The position numbers and the translations under genes were made by a program. The notes under the pieces were generated by a model that saw nothing but the letters and a program-made list of their open reading frames with translations, was not told the DNA's origin and searched no databases. A stretch of DNA of 64,000 bases from Candidatus Hodarchaeota archaeon (GTDB lineage: Archaea > Asgardarchaeota > Lokiarchaeia > Sigyniarchaeales > SOKP01): positions 64,001-128,000 of the forward strand of contig JBHLKM010000009.1 of NCBI GenBank assembly GCA_048886685.1. The letters run 5' to 3'. Shown here one piece after another: positions 29,902-40,640 of the stretch (position 1 is its first letter; every line of letters begins with the position of its first letter).

Positions 29902-30900
29902 TTACTCTTCAGGCACAGCACATGATGCTGGACCTTGTTTTAATTGTTTACTTATGGCCTCTACAGGGCAAATATTTAAGCAATTCTGACAAGACTTACA
30001 ATGAAAGCTATCTATTCCTGACATATGCCATAAACCATCTTCACCTTTCTCTCTAATTATTGCAAAATCTGGACAAATGTACCAACATTGAGCACAATCT
30101 GTACACTTTTCTTCATCCCATATAATTTCCCATTCTCCCCAGGTTCCTGTCATTACTTGAGAACTTCCTACTTCAATTACATCTTCATCCCGATACCAAA
30201 CTCCCGCCTTATCTAGCTCTTTATAACCTGGAAGCCCTGGTTTTACCTGTTGCCAAGGTACTTTTGTATCTATTGAAAAATCCATTTCAATTCCAAGATC
30301 ATATACACATGTTTCTTCTATTGCTTGTTTAATTGCTTGGATATTTTTTCCTGCGAGTTCTCCTTTAAATCTTCTCATAATAGCTTCTGATAATTCATCG
30401 ACAGTAAAAATATGTGAAATCCGAATTAAGGCACCTAAGATAATTGTGTTTGTTATGTTTCTGCCTAATACATCTAAAGCTATTCTAGTTGCGTCAATCG
30501 TTGCAACATTAATATCTTTTCTATTAACAATATCTTGAATATCTTGTTGATTTAAAGAGGTGTTTACTATTAACCACCCGCCTTTAGGCATCCCTGCTAT
30601 AACATCAATTTCTCCCAGTAATGAAGGATCTAATACAGATACGAAATGTGGGCTATATACTTGTTCATTAGACCTTACCAAATCTTCATTTGCAGAAAGT
30701 CTTACATAACTTTCAGTAGGAGACCCCATTCTCTCTGCTCCAAAAAGGGGTTGGCAAACACCATAACCATAAAAAGCTTCCACGCATAAATTTGAGGCAG
30801 TCACACCTCCTTGACCTCCTCTCGCATGAAATCGAAGGTTTATAACGTGATCCTTTAACACTTCTTTTACTTGTTCTGGAGTTAACATTTTAAATAACAA
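29902..30900 (-). CDS. 2-oxoacid:ferredoxin oxidoreductase fused gamma + delta subunit
   Basis: ARGGQG, FGAERMGSP; C-terminal CTDCAQC..ICP and CKSCQNC..ICP ferredoxin motifs. Confidence 0.88.
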   Translation of the reverse strand: MLFKMLTPEQVKEVLKDHVINLRFHARGGQGGVTASNLCVEAFYGYGVCQPLFGAERMGSPTESYVRLSANEDLVRSNEQVYSPHFVSVLDPSLLGEIDVIAGMPKGGWLIVNTSLNQQDIQDIVNRKDINVATIDATRIALDVLGRNITNTIILGALIRISHIFTVDELSEAIMRRFKGELAGKNIQAIKQAIEETCVYDLGIEMDFSIDTKVPWQQVKPGLPGYKELDKAGVWYRDEDVIEVGSSQVMTGTWGEWEIIWDEEKCTDCAQCWYICPDFAIIREKGEDGLWHMSGIDSFHCKSCQNCLNICPVEAISKQLKQGPASCAVPEE

Positions 30901-31018
30901 GTTTTTTATTTTAAATGAATATTTATAAAGTAAATCTTAGAAAGTAATTTAAGTTTTATACAATATTTTAAAGGTTTAGCTTAATAAATATGATGAAAAT
31001 TGACTAAAAATCAGATTA

Positions 31019-32215
31019 TTAACTAAACTCGAGATCCAATTTCTTAACAACATCAACACATAAAGTAAGAATATTCTTAATTCCTTCTTTGGTTACTAAG
31101 TCCATACTATCTCTTCTTGTATGAACATGTTTTAAACCAGGTTGAGAACCTAGCCAACAGGCTTCAAATCCTTCTTGTACAATCGGCATGAAATCAGACC
31201 ATGAACCTGTAGGTGAATATATGTCCCTCATTTTTATTTGATTCTCTCTAGCGCTTTCTTTAAATAGAGCATTCAACTTCTTGGAAGAAACTTTTCGTGG
31301 AATTCCATAAGAACTTGTTAATCTAATTACTTCTGAACCCCCAATTAAATCCAAATTAATAAAAAAAGTTGTACTTTTATTTAAATCTTTTTTACCTTTT
31401 TCGATAAAACGAATTGCTCCCCCTAGGTTTAACTCTTCAGAACTAGGACTTAAAAATGTTAAGCTAACATTATGGGGGGGACTTATCTTATAGTATCTTG
31501 CAAGTTCTATGATTGATCCTACACCTGCAGCATTATCAAATGCTCCTGGAGATTCGTTTCCGGTTTTATTAAAATAATTGAGTGCTCCAATTATCGCGAT
31601 AAAAAGACAAAAATCTAATAAAATATTATTTATAATAGGTATATTAAAATTAATAAAAATTTTAATTAGGCTAAAAATGAAGAATATCAAATATAAAAAT
31701 AGAGAACCAAAAGTAAATATTAAAAATATCATGACCCTTGTTGTTGAAGGAAAAGATTGAGATTTTGAGTCCCAATGTGCCATAAAAATAACTTTACATT
31801 TGGGATTTCTGTTTATTAAATCAACCCAAATATTTTCTGTTTCATAATTTTTATTTTTATATTTACTCAATTTCATTTTGGTAGATGTAGCAGTCTTAAG
31901 GGCTTTAAATGAAAAGAAGAGCGCTAACCCAATTAAGCCCAAAGTTAAAAAAGGATTTATGTAAAGTGATAAGCTTAACAGTATTAAACCTGATCCTAGT
32001 ATTAGAAAAATATATCTTGAGTAAATAAAATTATGAAAAGAAGTCATAAATTTTTGGCGATTTATTGAAGCATACCCCGCCTTTTTAAACTCCTCCACTA
32101 TTATTTCAATTGCTTTCACTTCACCCTCAGAACCAATAAGTCGAGGAAATGCTAACTTTTCTGTGATTTTGTATGCGTTATCTATATCAATCAATTCATC
32201 ATAACCTTTTTTCAC
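31019..32215 (-). CDS. M28 family peptidase with transmembrane insertions
   Basis: AHWDS, GAFDNAAG, SEE, NLD, SD, HT..D; hydrophobic helices. Confidence 0.85.
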   Translation of the reverse strand: MKKGYDELIDIDNAYKITEKLAFPRLIGSEGEVKAIEIIVEEFKKAGYASINRQKFMTSFHNFIYSRYIFLILGSGLILLSLSLYINPFLTLGLIGLALFFSFKALKTATSTKMKLSKYKNKNYETENIWVDLINRNPKCKVIFMAHWDSKSQSFPSTTRVMIFLIFTFGSLFLYLIFFIFSLIKIFINFNIPIINNILLDFCLFIAIIGALNYFNKTGNESPGAFDNAAGVGSIIELARYYKISPPHNVSLTFLSPSSEELNLGGAIRFIEKGKKDLNKSTTFFINLDLIGGSEVIRLTSSYGIPRKVSSKKLNALFKESARENQIKMRDIYSPTGSWSDFMPIVQEGFEACWLGSQPGLKHVHTRRDSMDLVTKEGIKNILTLCVDVVKKLDLEFS

Positions 32216-32313
32216 AATCGAGATCTTGTTTTAATTAATTTTCCTTTACTTCTAAATTAGGAATCATATTCCTTTATCATATACAAAATATTTAAACCAC
32301 TCGAGAGTGAATT

Positions 32314-33156
32314 TCAATTATTCCATCCATGGGTAGCGTTAAGAGGGGCGTTGGTCATATAGGCATCGATATCCCGGATCAAACCATCTTCGATTTTAAA
32401 GATCTCATGAAGCAATAAACACCGCGGTTTAACACGCAATTCATGTTGTACAGAACCTTGGGGTAATTGCCTATCTTTTACATTTGTACCCGGTATGTCA
32501 AAAACAACTATCCCCCAAACCAAACCTCTATTGATATCTACAATAGGATATCGTCGCTCCCGAACCTTCGTTATATAATCCAAACGATAAATTCCGGCTT
32601 GGGTGCTGAAATTTAGTAAATCGGGATTGTTTGTTGTTTTAATACCGTTTTCTTTACGTTGGCAATCCGGATGAAAATTGACAATGGATCCATCCGATTT
32701 TTCAATCCCTTCAAAATAGCTGTCCGCAATACTAATAAGTTCCTCTCGTGTTAATCGATCCGATTCCGGGATTGGCGTGTCCCAAAGTGGATTGTTTCGT
32801 GCTGTATCCGGGCTGAACAAGGGATGACATCCTTTTCTCGAGAGCAAGGTTTCGATTTCAGTAATCTGATTGTCGATGATTTTTAGGCGAAGTACAAACA
32901 GGGCTTTCTCACCTCCTTTCTCTTCCAAAACACCCCAAAAACCTCCCTGATTTTCTGAAGCATCTACAAAAGATTTTCGTAATACGATAGTTCGAACCGT
33001 CTGCCAGATCCCTTCACCTAAAATCAATGGATCACCGTTTTCAGTAGCCTTGTAATTTTCTGCCAACTTTAACTGAGTGTGATCGTGGTCTAAGAGTGCT
33101 TCGAGGTAGTCATTGATAAATCGTAAAAGGATTTTTCTATTGGATTTGATATTCAT
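32314..33156 (-). CDS. Hypothetical protein with two NTF2/SnoaL-like repeats
   Basis: Repeated Y.E.L...TENG and YFEGI...RKENG halves; E.FKI.DG.I end; higher GC than flanks. Confidence 0.6.
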   Translation of the reverse strand: MNIKSNRKILLRFINDYLEALLDHDHTQLKLAENYKATENGDPLILGEGIWQTVRTIVLRKSFVDASENQGGFWGVLEEKGGEKALFVLRLKIIDNQITEIETLLSRKGCHPLFSPDTARNNPLWDTPIPESDRLTREELISIADSYFEGIEKSDGSIVNFHPDCQRKENGIKTTNNPDLLNFSTQAGIYRLDYITKVRERRYPIVDINRGLVWGIVVFDIPGTNVKDRQLPQGSVQHELRVKPRCLLLHEIFKIEDGLIRDIDAYMTNAPLNATHGWNN

Positions 33157-33165
33157 ACAATCTCC

Positions 33166-35139
33166 TTATCTAACCGGTATTAATGGGGGTATACCTTTCG
33201 GTGGTGGTTCATAGTGCTCGGCAATACCTGTTTCCATCCGCAGGGGGACCTCATCATCACTTATAAGGAGAAAATTGTCTTTAGCACTGTCGTAAGGGGT
33301 CCATGTGGTCTCATCAGCTATTTTTCCTTGGATATTGGGATCACCAGTTTTGGCAAATTGGACCCACATGTCCATCATCTTATTAGATATCTGATCATCC
33401 AGTTCATCAATACCTGGATCAGGCTGTTTAGCACCTCCAGTTCGAGAAAGGTTCAACATGACACTGGACTTCAGACCTTCTTGAACATCACCAAAAACAT
33501 ATGGAATTTCGAGTCCATGAAATGCCACAACACCTTCCTTTCGCCATCGTGTGGGAACATGTCCAAAAAGGTATGCGAATATATTTGATTGACTGTTTTC
33601 ACTTATTAAAATGGACCAATCCTTAACGCCCTCTATCATCCCGCGAACCATGTCTGTGCGATTGGCGCCAATAATTATAGGTATATCGTTATGCAGTTTC
33701 TTTTCAAACACGGATGTTGCTTCTTCCAACAGATACCAGTTGTCGATTGTAATTAGACGTATATTGTTAAACCGAATCTCTTGACTGGCCTTAACTATAT
33801 CCTGCCAAGATTTCTCCCTCATTTCTTTGAGCATATCTTTGCTGTCTTTAATACCCAATTTTTCCATGAGAGCCACCCCTCGGGTTTCAGCCTCTTTTAG
33901 ACGTGGGGTATGCCGTTCACCTATTGAAAATACCCCACTTTGGATAATCGCTCGATGAAATAGTCCTTTGGCAAGTGGAGAAATGATCAAATTAAAGGTT
34001 TTGCCCCCACCGCCAGATTCCCCAAAAATTGTTACACAATCAGCATCCCCCCCAAATACAGAAATATTTTCTTGAATCCATTTTAAAGCAGCAATCAAAT
34101 CCAGCTGACCGTAGTTCCCGGAAACTCCTTTCTCGGATTCCGCACTCAATGCCGGATGAGCCATATAACCTAGTGGACCAAGTCGATGATTCACAGTGAC
34201 AATGATGGCGCCTTTGGCAGGAAGAGCGGTGTTATTATAACTCGTTCTATTAGCTGACATAGCATGAAATCCTCCCCCATGAAACCAGACCATCACCGGG
34301 AGCTTCTTGTCGTCTGTATTTTTAGGTGCAATGATATTCAGATTCAGGCAGTTTTCGCTTAAATTCCCATGACTAGCTGGTCCTAACTCTCCTTGACCAC
34401 ATTGATCTCCCCATTGAGTACAATCGCGAACTCCTTCCCACGCTGTTAATAATTGTGGTGGTTTCCAACGCAGGTCTCCTAATGGGGGTTCAGTATAAGG
34501 AATTCCACGCCAAGTATATGTATTGTTGTTAGTTGCATAACCAACAATTCTACCTGATGATATTTCTACAATTTTATGACAGTCTGATTCCAGACGATTC
34601 GGATCCAAACTTACTTCAAAACTTGCTTGAGCTGCTGAAGCGTCTCGTATGGGGCGCATACCGAAATTGCCAGTATCCGGAAATAATTTCTCGGAATTCA
34701 ACTTTCCTATTAAGGATTTCAATACAGGATCAGACCGAAATTGCTCAGGAGGTTGATTAAAATTAAGTTGTCCACTATATCCCGAAACAATTGTTGCTAT
34801 CTTTCCCGAAATTCGGATTCCATTTTTTATATTACCATCCTCATCCAACGTTTGTAATAATATACATAAATTTATAATACGTTGATCACTGGAGTTCTCT
34901 GCTCCCGAGACGATGTCGATCAGGGATATCCTCTCTTTACCAACAGTCTCTCCGATGATCAGTTTACCAATGGAGAATACCACAGATTCTCCTGCAATAT
35001 AACGAAATTGACCTTTTATATCCGTAATTCCTGAAAATGTGGCTGATTGATAAGATAAGCCTTCAATGGGAATCCCTTGAAACGCACCAACCATTTCCTT
35101 TTTCGTGAGTCCTTCACCGCTTTTAGTTTGATTTTTCAT
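33166..35139 (-). CDS. Type B carboxylesterase with extra N-terminal domain
   Basis: GIPY..PP.G.LRW, SE.CL.LN, HGGG, GESGG nucleophile, FHGLE; about 185-aa N-terminal extension. Confidence 0.9.
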   Translation of the reverse strand: MKNQTKSGEGLTKKEMVGAFQGIPIEGLSYQSATFSGITDIKGQFRYIAGESVVFSIGKLIIGETVGKERISLIDIVSGAENSSDQRIINLCILLQTLDEDGNIKNGIRISGKIATIVSGYSGQLNFNQPPEQFRSDPVLKSLIGKLNSEKLFPDTGNFGMRPIRDASAAQASFEVSLDPNRLESDCHKIVEISSGRIVGYATNNNTYTWRGIPYTEPPLGDLRWKPPQLLTAWEGVRDCTQWGDQCGQGELGPASHGNLSENCLNLNIIAPKNTDDKKLPVMVWFHGGGFHAMSANRTSYNNTALPAKGAIIVTVNHRLGPLGYMAHPALSAESEKGVSGNYGQLDLIAALKWIQENISVFGGDADCVTIFGESGGGGKTFNLIISPLAKGLFHRAIIQSGVFSIGERHTPRLKEAETRGVALMEKLGIKDSKDMLKEMREKSWQDIVKASQEIRFNNIRLITIDNWYLLEEATSVFEKKLHNDIPIIIGANRTDMVRGMIEGVKDWSILISENSQSNIFAYLFGHVPTRWRKEGVVAFHGLEIPYVFGDVQEGLKSSVMLNLSRTGGAKQPDPGIDELDDQISNKMMDMWVQFAKTGDPNIQGKIADETTWTPYDSAKDNFLLISDDEVPLRMETGIAEHYEPPPKGIPPLIPVR

Positions 35140-35215
35140 GCGTTACTTATAATGGAAGGTGATATATAAAGTCAATAGAATACGGTTTTGGACAAAATTG
35201 GATTTGTTCTTTAGC

Positions 35216-36181
35216 TTAGATGGATGATTCTTTTTCATTTAAAAAAAATCTAAACCACTTGATTGGAAGCAGATTTTTCACTCTTTCCAGAAATTCTGGA
35301 ATACTCATAATTCCTAAATCTGAAATTATCCCTGAAATATATTCTGAGGGGATTATATCAAAATAATAATTCAAAACATCTATTTTCGCATCTTTTTCTA
35401 TATCAAATACTTCACTACTCAATTTTTTTTCAATTAAAATCTCATGACCATAATGGCTTCTAAGGTTGTACTTATAAGAATCTCCTATTGCATATACATC
35501 AATATTATTTAACTTAGCTAATGCAACTAAAGGATAAGTACCAATTTTATTAATAATCGCGCCATCTCTCAAAATACTATCTATTCCTACAAAAACCAAA
35601 TCAACTTCTTCAATGAATTTTCCCATCGCAGCATCAATTATTAAATTTGTTTTAAAATGTTTCGACAGAAGTTTAGCAGTAGTACGTCCTTCAAAGAGAG
35701 GTCTTGATTCTAATACAAATATCTCTAATTCAAAATCTTTATTTTTCTTTAAAACATTGAGAACTGTTGAACTATATGATATCAACATAATTTTCTTCAG
35801 TTTCTTCTCTCTCTCTTTTAAAAATTGACGAAATTTATATTCGAGAGCTTTTTCTTTCTCGATTTCCTTATAAAAAAATTGCTCAATTTTTTTTTCTAAA
35901 GCTGTCTTGTTAATAATAGTTAAATCATGCAGGATAAAACCAGCAAAGTTAATTAAAGGTGCCATAGTTGGTCTAGAATCAATAATCTCCTTAAATAATG
36001 AATGAATTTCTTTAGTTATATCCAGATTTCGATCTTCAAGCAGATCTAATTGAAATTTTACAATTTCAAGAGCATCTTCGATAAATTCACTGGCTCCTGA
36101 GGATTTATTTTTCCTGAGAGCTTTTAATAAAAATTCTATATTACTCCTATTCATTTTAACCACATTATTTGGATTAATCAA
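35216..36181 (-). CDS. eIF2B alpha/beta/delta-like protein (R15P isomerase/MtnA superfamily)
   Basis: RPTMA, S.SSTV, ESRP..EG, VG.DSI...G..INKIGT, N.YFD.IP. Confidence 0.8.
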   Translation of the reverse strand: MINPNNVVKMNRSNIEFLLKALRKNKSSGASEFIEDALEIVKFQLDLLEDRNLDITKEIHSLFKEIIDSRPTMAPLINFAGFILHDLTIINKTALEKKIEQFFYKEIEKEKALEYKFRQFLKEREKKLKKIMLISYSSTVLNVLKKNKDFELEIFVLESRPLFEGRTTAKLLSKHFKTNLIIDAAMGKFIEEVDLVFVGIDSILRDGAIINKIGTYPLVALAKLNNIDVYAIGDSYKYNLRSHYGHEILIEKKLSSEVFDIEKDAKIDVLNYYFDIIPSEYISGIISDLGIMSIPEFLERVKNLLPIKWFRFFLNEKESSI

Positions 36182-37149
36182 GAAAAATAATTCTTAAATA
36201 TTTTACAAACTGATAGAGCAACCCAGAAAGTGAGATCTTTATCTTTTGTTCTCAATAATTTCAGATCCCAAAGGCCATTATCTAACTGTCGATCTCTTAG
36301 AAAATTTAGACTTTCCTTAATTTGAGGGTAGTTGTAGTTAAAACCAAGGTAAAAAAGAGTATCAAGAGATGAGACTATATCTGTAAACCAAAAAGGAAAT
36401 GAAACTTTTGTCCAGAAATCTCTCGTTCGGCGATCAGGATATTTATCTGGTTTGAAAAATCTGGATGCTAATAACTCTCCAGCAATCTTCGCTTCCTTAT
36501 ATTTTTGATATTCTGGGTGGGCTGCAAATGCTCGTAAGATTACGCCAGTTACCATATGAGAAAATGGTTTGGATCTATTTGGTTGTAAAGTTTCTTCACT
36601 ATTCATAACTCCATCCCATTTTGCATTATTAGTTCTTATCGGTATTGCCCATCCACCATCGTCTTGACGACATGATAATAACCATTTAAATCCCTTTTCT
36701 ATTCGAGGATCATCTGTATATCCTGCTTTTACTAAAATTTCTATTATTGCAGCAGTATAATTTGGGGAATATTGATTACCATAGATACCTCTTATGTCTC
36801 CCTCTTCAGTTTGAAATGAAAATAAAAACTCCGCAGCATTTTCTATAAAGTAATGTCTATTTGTTAAACCATATTTTTCTATTAATTCTCCTAATTGCCT
36901 AAAAGTCTCAATTTGGTTATAATTTTCTTGAACCCGAAAATCTTCTTTACTACTTGGATATTTCCATGAACCATCTTGTTGTTGTTTTTTAAATATTTTT
37001 TCTACTTCTGGAAGATTCCATAAGTTTTCTACAGATTCTACTTTCTTCTCTAAGAGATCTCGATTGACAAAATAAAGAATTGCTGAATTTTTTACTGAGC
37101 ATAGAGGTGTTAATGGATCAAATTTCAAATTATCTTTCCAATCTTTCAT
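36178..37149 (-). CDS. Prenyltransferase/terpene-cyclase (QW)-repeat alpha/alpha-barrel protein
   Basis: QQQDGSW, QTEEG, RQDDGGW, QLDNGLW repeats; no DxDD. Confidence 0.7.
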   Translation of the reverse strand: MKDWKDNLKFDPLTPLCSVKNSAILYFVNRDLLEKKVESVENLWNLPEVEKIFKKQQQDGSWKYPSSKEDFRVQENYNQIETFRQLGELIEKYGLTNRHYFIENAAEFLFSFQTEEGDIRGIYGNQYSPNYTAAIIEILVKAGYTDDPRIEKGFKWLLSCRQDDGGWAIPIRTNNAKWDGVMNSEETLQPNRSKPFSHMVTGVILRAFAAHPEYQKYKEAKIAGELLASRFFKPDKYPDRRTRDFWTKVSFPFWFTDIVSSLDTLFYLGFNYNYPQIKESLNFLRDRQLDNGLWDLKLLRTKDKDLTFWVALSVCKIFKNYFS

Positions 37150-37174
37150 AGTCCAATAATAGTGAAATCAATAA

Positions 37175-37675
37175 TTATTCAGATATTTCATCTGCCTTTT
37201 TAATGTAATCCGGAATAAAATGGGTTTTAAATAGATTAGAATTTCCAGTAGATATTAAATTTCCCTCCAGATCATAAATCTCGCCTATTGCGTGAATTAT
37301 ATTCTTCCCTTCTCTCACAATTTTTCCAATTACTCTAACTTTTTCTCCAACTTTCACTTTTCCTAAATAATCGACATGAAAATCTATACTAATAGGAAAT
37401 CCCTCAAATCCCAAAGTAGCTGTAGTCATCCCTATAGTATCATCCATTAAAGCGCACTGCATACCTCCATGTAAAAGCCCAGTTGGATTCGCCATTTCAG
37501 GTCTCACTTCGAATTCCAATTCAATTATGCCATATTCTGCTTTAATTATCTTTCCATCTAACCATTTTGAAAAAGGAGGTACTGGAAAATCTTTTAAATT
37601 TTTATCTTTGAATGTGTTAAATAATCTTACCATTTGCTCTGATCTTTTCATAATTTTATCTTTGTCTTCTACCAT
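37175..37675 (-). CDS. PaaI-family hotdog thioesterase
   Basis: NPTGLLHGG....LMD. Confidence 0.9.
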   Translation of the reverse strand: MVEDKDKIMKRSEQMVRLFNTFKDKNLKDFPVPPFSKWLDGKIIKAEYGIIELEFEVRPEMANPTGLLHGGMQCALMDDTIGMTTATLGFEGFPISIDFHVDYLGKVKVGEKVRVIGKIVREGKNIIHAIGEIYDLEGNLISTGNSNLFKTHFIPDYIKKADEISE

Positions 37676-38030
37676 AAAATCCTAACCTGTTCTTGAAATT
37701 ATAAAATAACTTTCTTAAGCATTAATTATATTTACATTCTTAATAATACTTAATATCATAAAATATGATATTGAAATCCATGAGTAAAAATAATGAAAAA
37801 AAAAAAGAGAGTTGATAAAAAAAATAAGAAAATCATTACAATAATAGTCTTCGCTTTTTTAAAGGCTACTATGATCTTATCAATTTTAATTAGAGACATT
37901 ATCTTCTTTCGTAAATTTTCTTTATGTTCTAAAAATTTTAATGCCTAATATCAAATAAAACTAGAATATAGGAAATTTATTAGTAATTAAAAAAAAAATT
38001 ATTTAAAATATGATGAATTCGTAACTAAAA

Positions 38031-40175
38031 CTATTTCTTACTTCCTTTCCATGTAAAGTGTTCAACACCAATTAAATAATTACTAGTCAGGATATGATCA
38101 GCACGGTTACTAACGATTGCCATATAGAAGTAATCACCTCTAGATTTTGTAACCCACATTCTTCCGGTTTGAGTACCATATCGAACATGCATGCGACGAG
38201 CCCACTTCATATGCATAGCTGGCCACTCTCCATATTTAACATTTATTACTGTGACTTCCCAATCGTTATAAAGTATGCCATCGGTTACATACCATCCAGT
38301 GGTAGCCCATCCATCTTCACCGGCTTCAACATCATCAAGTGGAAATACTCCATTTGTAATTTCGATATCATCAACATACATATTTTGTAAAGTAAATGCA
38401 CCATCTTGCCATAAACGGAAGTGAATTTCAATTTGATGACCTTTAAAAGCGCTCAAATCCATACTTATAGGTATCCATCCGCCACTAAGTCCTGTAAATC
38501 CAAACCATGTACCATCTGTCTCATAAGTTGTTGGTTCCTGTTCATCAGGAGTATTTGGATTATCTTGCGGCTGATCAACAAAAGTTCGCATAGGTACATA
38601 CTCATAAGCATGAAGGGTCAGATTATAAACATACATACGAGCATTAGGATCATTTAATGTAACCCATACATCATCTGTTAAATCATGGACCTCAACATAG
38701 CCATAATCCCAATCATCTTCGATTTCAAAATATGTCATAAAGTTTAAAGTCGCACCGTCTTCAGGGATAGTAAATGTTTGAGAGAAGCTCCTCCATGCCC
38801 AAGCATTAGCACCTGAATACCACTCTAAAGTACCACTATATGCTGTTACACCAGAAAAAATGTCCCCTTCCATATATACTTTAGCGAAGGTATCAGTTGT
38901 AAATCTATAGTAATGTGCGGTATAAGGTTGTGGAGTACCCCACCAACCAGTTAGCTCCCAATCTCCAGAAAAGATAGGTTCTCCATATCCATAGGTTAAG
39001 ATGTCATCAAGTGTCCAAAACCAAGTATCTGGACCACCCATTTCTAATGTTTCATAACCATATTTGCCTCCCCATCTTGAAGTATCATCAAGATAATTTG
39101 CTATTGTCCACCTGTCAAATATTCTATCAAAGGAGATACAATATCCATGAGCATAAAGAGTCTTTTGAATTCCCTCTATCCCATTAGCTTGTTCTTGAAC
39201 TAAATCTACGATAAAATCTGCTCCACCAAAATGTTCAAATAGATAGAGTATAAAAAGATAACTAGCCCCGTAATCTTCCAATCCATTACCCCAGAATATA
39301 AGAGATGTGAACCAGTGATATGCAAGATAATTCCATATGTGGCTAGCCCAATGACCGTAACCACATAAATAAATCGCCAGGTCAGCAAGACCTTCATCCA
39401 CCCATGAAGGTTCATCTGGATCTTGATCAAAGTGTACTAAATGTTCAAATTCATGGGCAAAAGCGCCCTCCATTGTTCTATCTGAGCCTGGACCAGCATT
39501 ATTTTCCCAATCATATGTATCACAATGAAAAATATTTTTGTTATATTCTGCGCTAGTGCTGGCAGAGAAATAACCTACTGCATAAGATGTTTGTGAGTCA
39601 TCATAGTAGGACTCGTCTCGAATATTGAATATTAAAATCCAAACTTTCTGTCCTTCATCACCTCGAGGAAGAGGTTCTCCAAAAACACCAGTTACAGTTG
39701 GATAGATATTTGTATCAAATTCCGTCATCAATCCTTCGAGTTGAGCGTCTGTGATTAAATCTCCATATCTACCCCATGTCCCATAAGGATTAGAAAAATT
39801 ATAGTAAGTTCCATCAAAACTATCGTAGGCATCTTGTGTAATAAGAATAAGACTATGTACTCCTTTCATTAAAACTATAAAGTCTTCATCATATCCTCCA
39901 TAATAATCATCAGATAATTCAAATGTAAAAGGATCACCTATTTCTGCGGCTTCTCCTATCGGAGAAGCTTGAGTTGCACTTGCTGATCCAAATTTTGCTG
40001 CTTCCCTTCTAATTGCTAGCTCTTCTTCACCAAGCATGTCAGGTGTGAAGTCCATTGGAACTCGATCTTTAATTATTCTAGAAGTACCACTAGCGGTTGT
40101 TGACGGAATAAAAGCCATGAAAGAACCACCGAGAAAGCTCAATATGACTAGCATTATTAATATTTTTTTTCTCAT
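38031..40175 (-). CDS. Secreted zinc metallopeptidase (M30/M6 immune inhibitor A-like)
   Basis: Signal peptide MRKKILIMLVIL..., HEFEH...WVDEGLA, InhA-like IEDDWDYGYVEV and DLSAFKG. Confidence 0.8.
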   Translation of the reverse strand: MRKKILIMLVILSFLGGSFMAFIPSTTASGTSRIIKDRVPMDFTPDMLGEEELAIRREAAKFGSASATQASPIGEAAEIGDPFTFELSDDYYGGYDEDFIVLMKGVHSLILITQDAYDSFDGTYYNFSNPYGTWGRYGDLITDAQLEGLMTEFDTNIYPTVTGVFGEPLPRGDEGQKVWILIFNIRDESYYDDSQTSYAVGYFSASTSAEYNKNIFHCDTYDWENNAGPGSDRTMEGAFAHEFEHLVHFDQDPDEPSWVDEGLADLAIYLCGYGHWASHIWNYLAYHWFTSLIFWGNGLEDYGASYLFILYLFEHFGGADFIVDLVQEQANGIEGIQKTLYAHGYCISFDRIFDRWTIANYLDDTSRWGGKYGYETLEMGGPDTWFWTLDDILTYGYGEPIFSGDWELTGWWGTPQPYTAHYYRFTTDTFAKVYMEGDIFSGVTAYSGTLEWYSGANAWAWRSFSQTFTIPEDGATLNFMTYFEIEDDWDYGYVEVHDLTDDVWVTLNDPNARMYVYNLTLHAYEYVPMRTFVDQPQDNPNTPDEQEPTTYETDGTWFGFTGLSGGWIPISMDLSAFKGHQIEIHFRLWQDGAFTLQNMYVDDIEITNGVFPLDDVEAGEDGWATTGWYVTDGILYNDWEVTVINVKYGEWPAMHMKWARRMHVRYGTQTGRMWVTKSRGDYFYMAIVSNRADHILTSNYLIGVEHFTWKGSKK

Positions 40176-40427
40176 TTTTTATCAACTCATTTTTTTTTGT
40201 AAATGTTAGGTTCTAAGTTCTTAAAAATTCATTATTTTCCGCTAGGAAAGAATGAAATATTTTGAACATTTCTGTAAAGACTCGAAATTTAAAAATAAAT
40301 TCAAGGCTTCGATGGTTGAAATATTTGCAGCCTTGTTATTTAAAATTTTCCCTTTTATCTTTTAACAAAAGTGAAAAAATCGTGGGTATGTTATCCCATT
40401 ATATTTAATTTCAATTTTAGACATCTA

Positions 40428-40487
40428 TGTAGAAGATTTACCAATCTTGGACAATTCTGTAGAAGAGTTACCAATTTTGGACAACTT
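40428..40487. repeat. Tandem 30-bp repeat, two copies
   Basis: tgtagaagatttaccaatcttggacaattc / tgtagaagagttaccaattttggacaactt (26/30); each holds ccaa-N2-ttgg. Confidence 0.85.
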
Positions 40488-40530
40488 TGGAAAAAAACCC
40501 CCAATTAAATAGTTCTTTTTTTTCTATTTA

Positions 40531-40640
40531 ATGACTAAAAAAAGCTGTTCTCAGTTAAATGCTAAAGATTTTTCATTCATTAATAATGTCAAATACGTAG
40601 TGGTTATAAGCTCATGAAAAGAAAGGAATTTCTATTTTTA
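40531..40640 (+). pseudogene. Truncated duplicate of the 5' end of the downstream acyl-CoA ligase gene
   Basis: MTKKSCSQLNAKDFSFINNVKYVVVISS*KERNFYF vs MTEHSSSQLNIKDISFINNIKSIAVIGPSKKRNYYF; upstream 40367-40408 also repeats at 40680-40720. Confidence 0.85.

Noticed and set aside
36178-37149. Squalene-hopene cyclase
   Set aside because: Half the expected length and no DxDD motif
40428-40487. 30-bp repeats as a CRISPR array
   Set aside because: Two abutting copies, no spacers, no cas genes
40615-40617. In-frame TGA as selenocysteine (also the TGA near 13135)
   Set aside because: Aligns to Ser (TCA) or Trp (TGG) in intact paralogs, within otherwise decayed fragments
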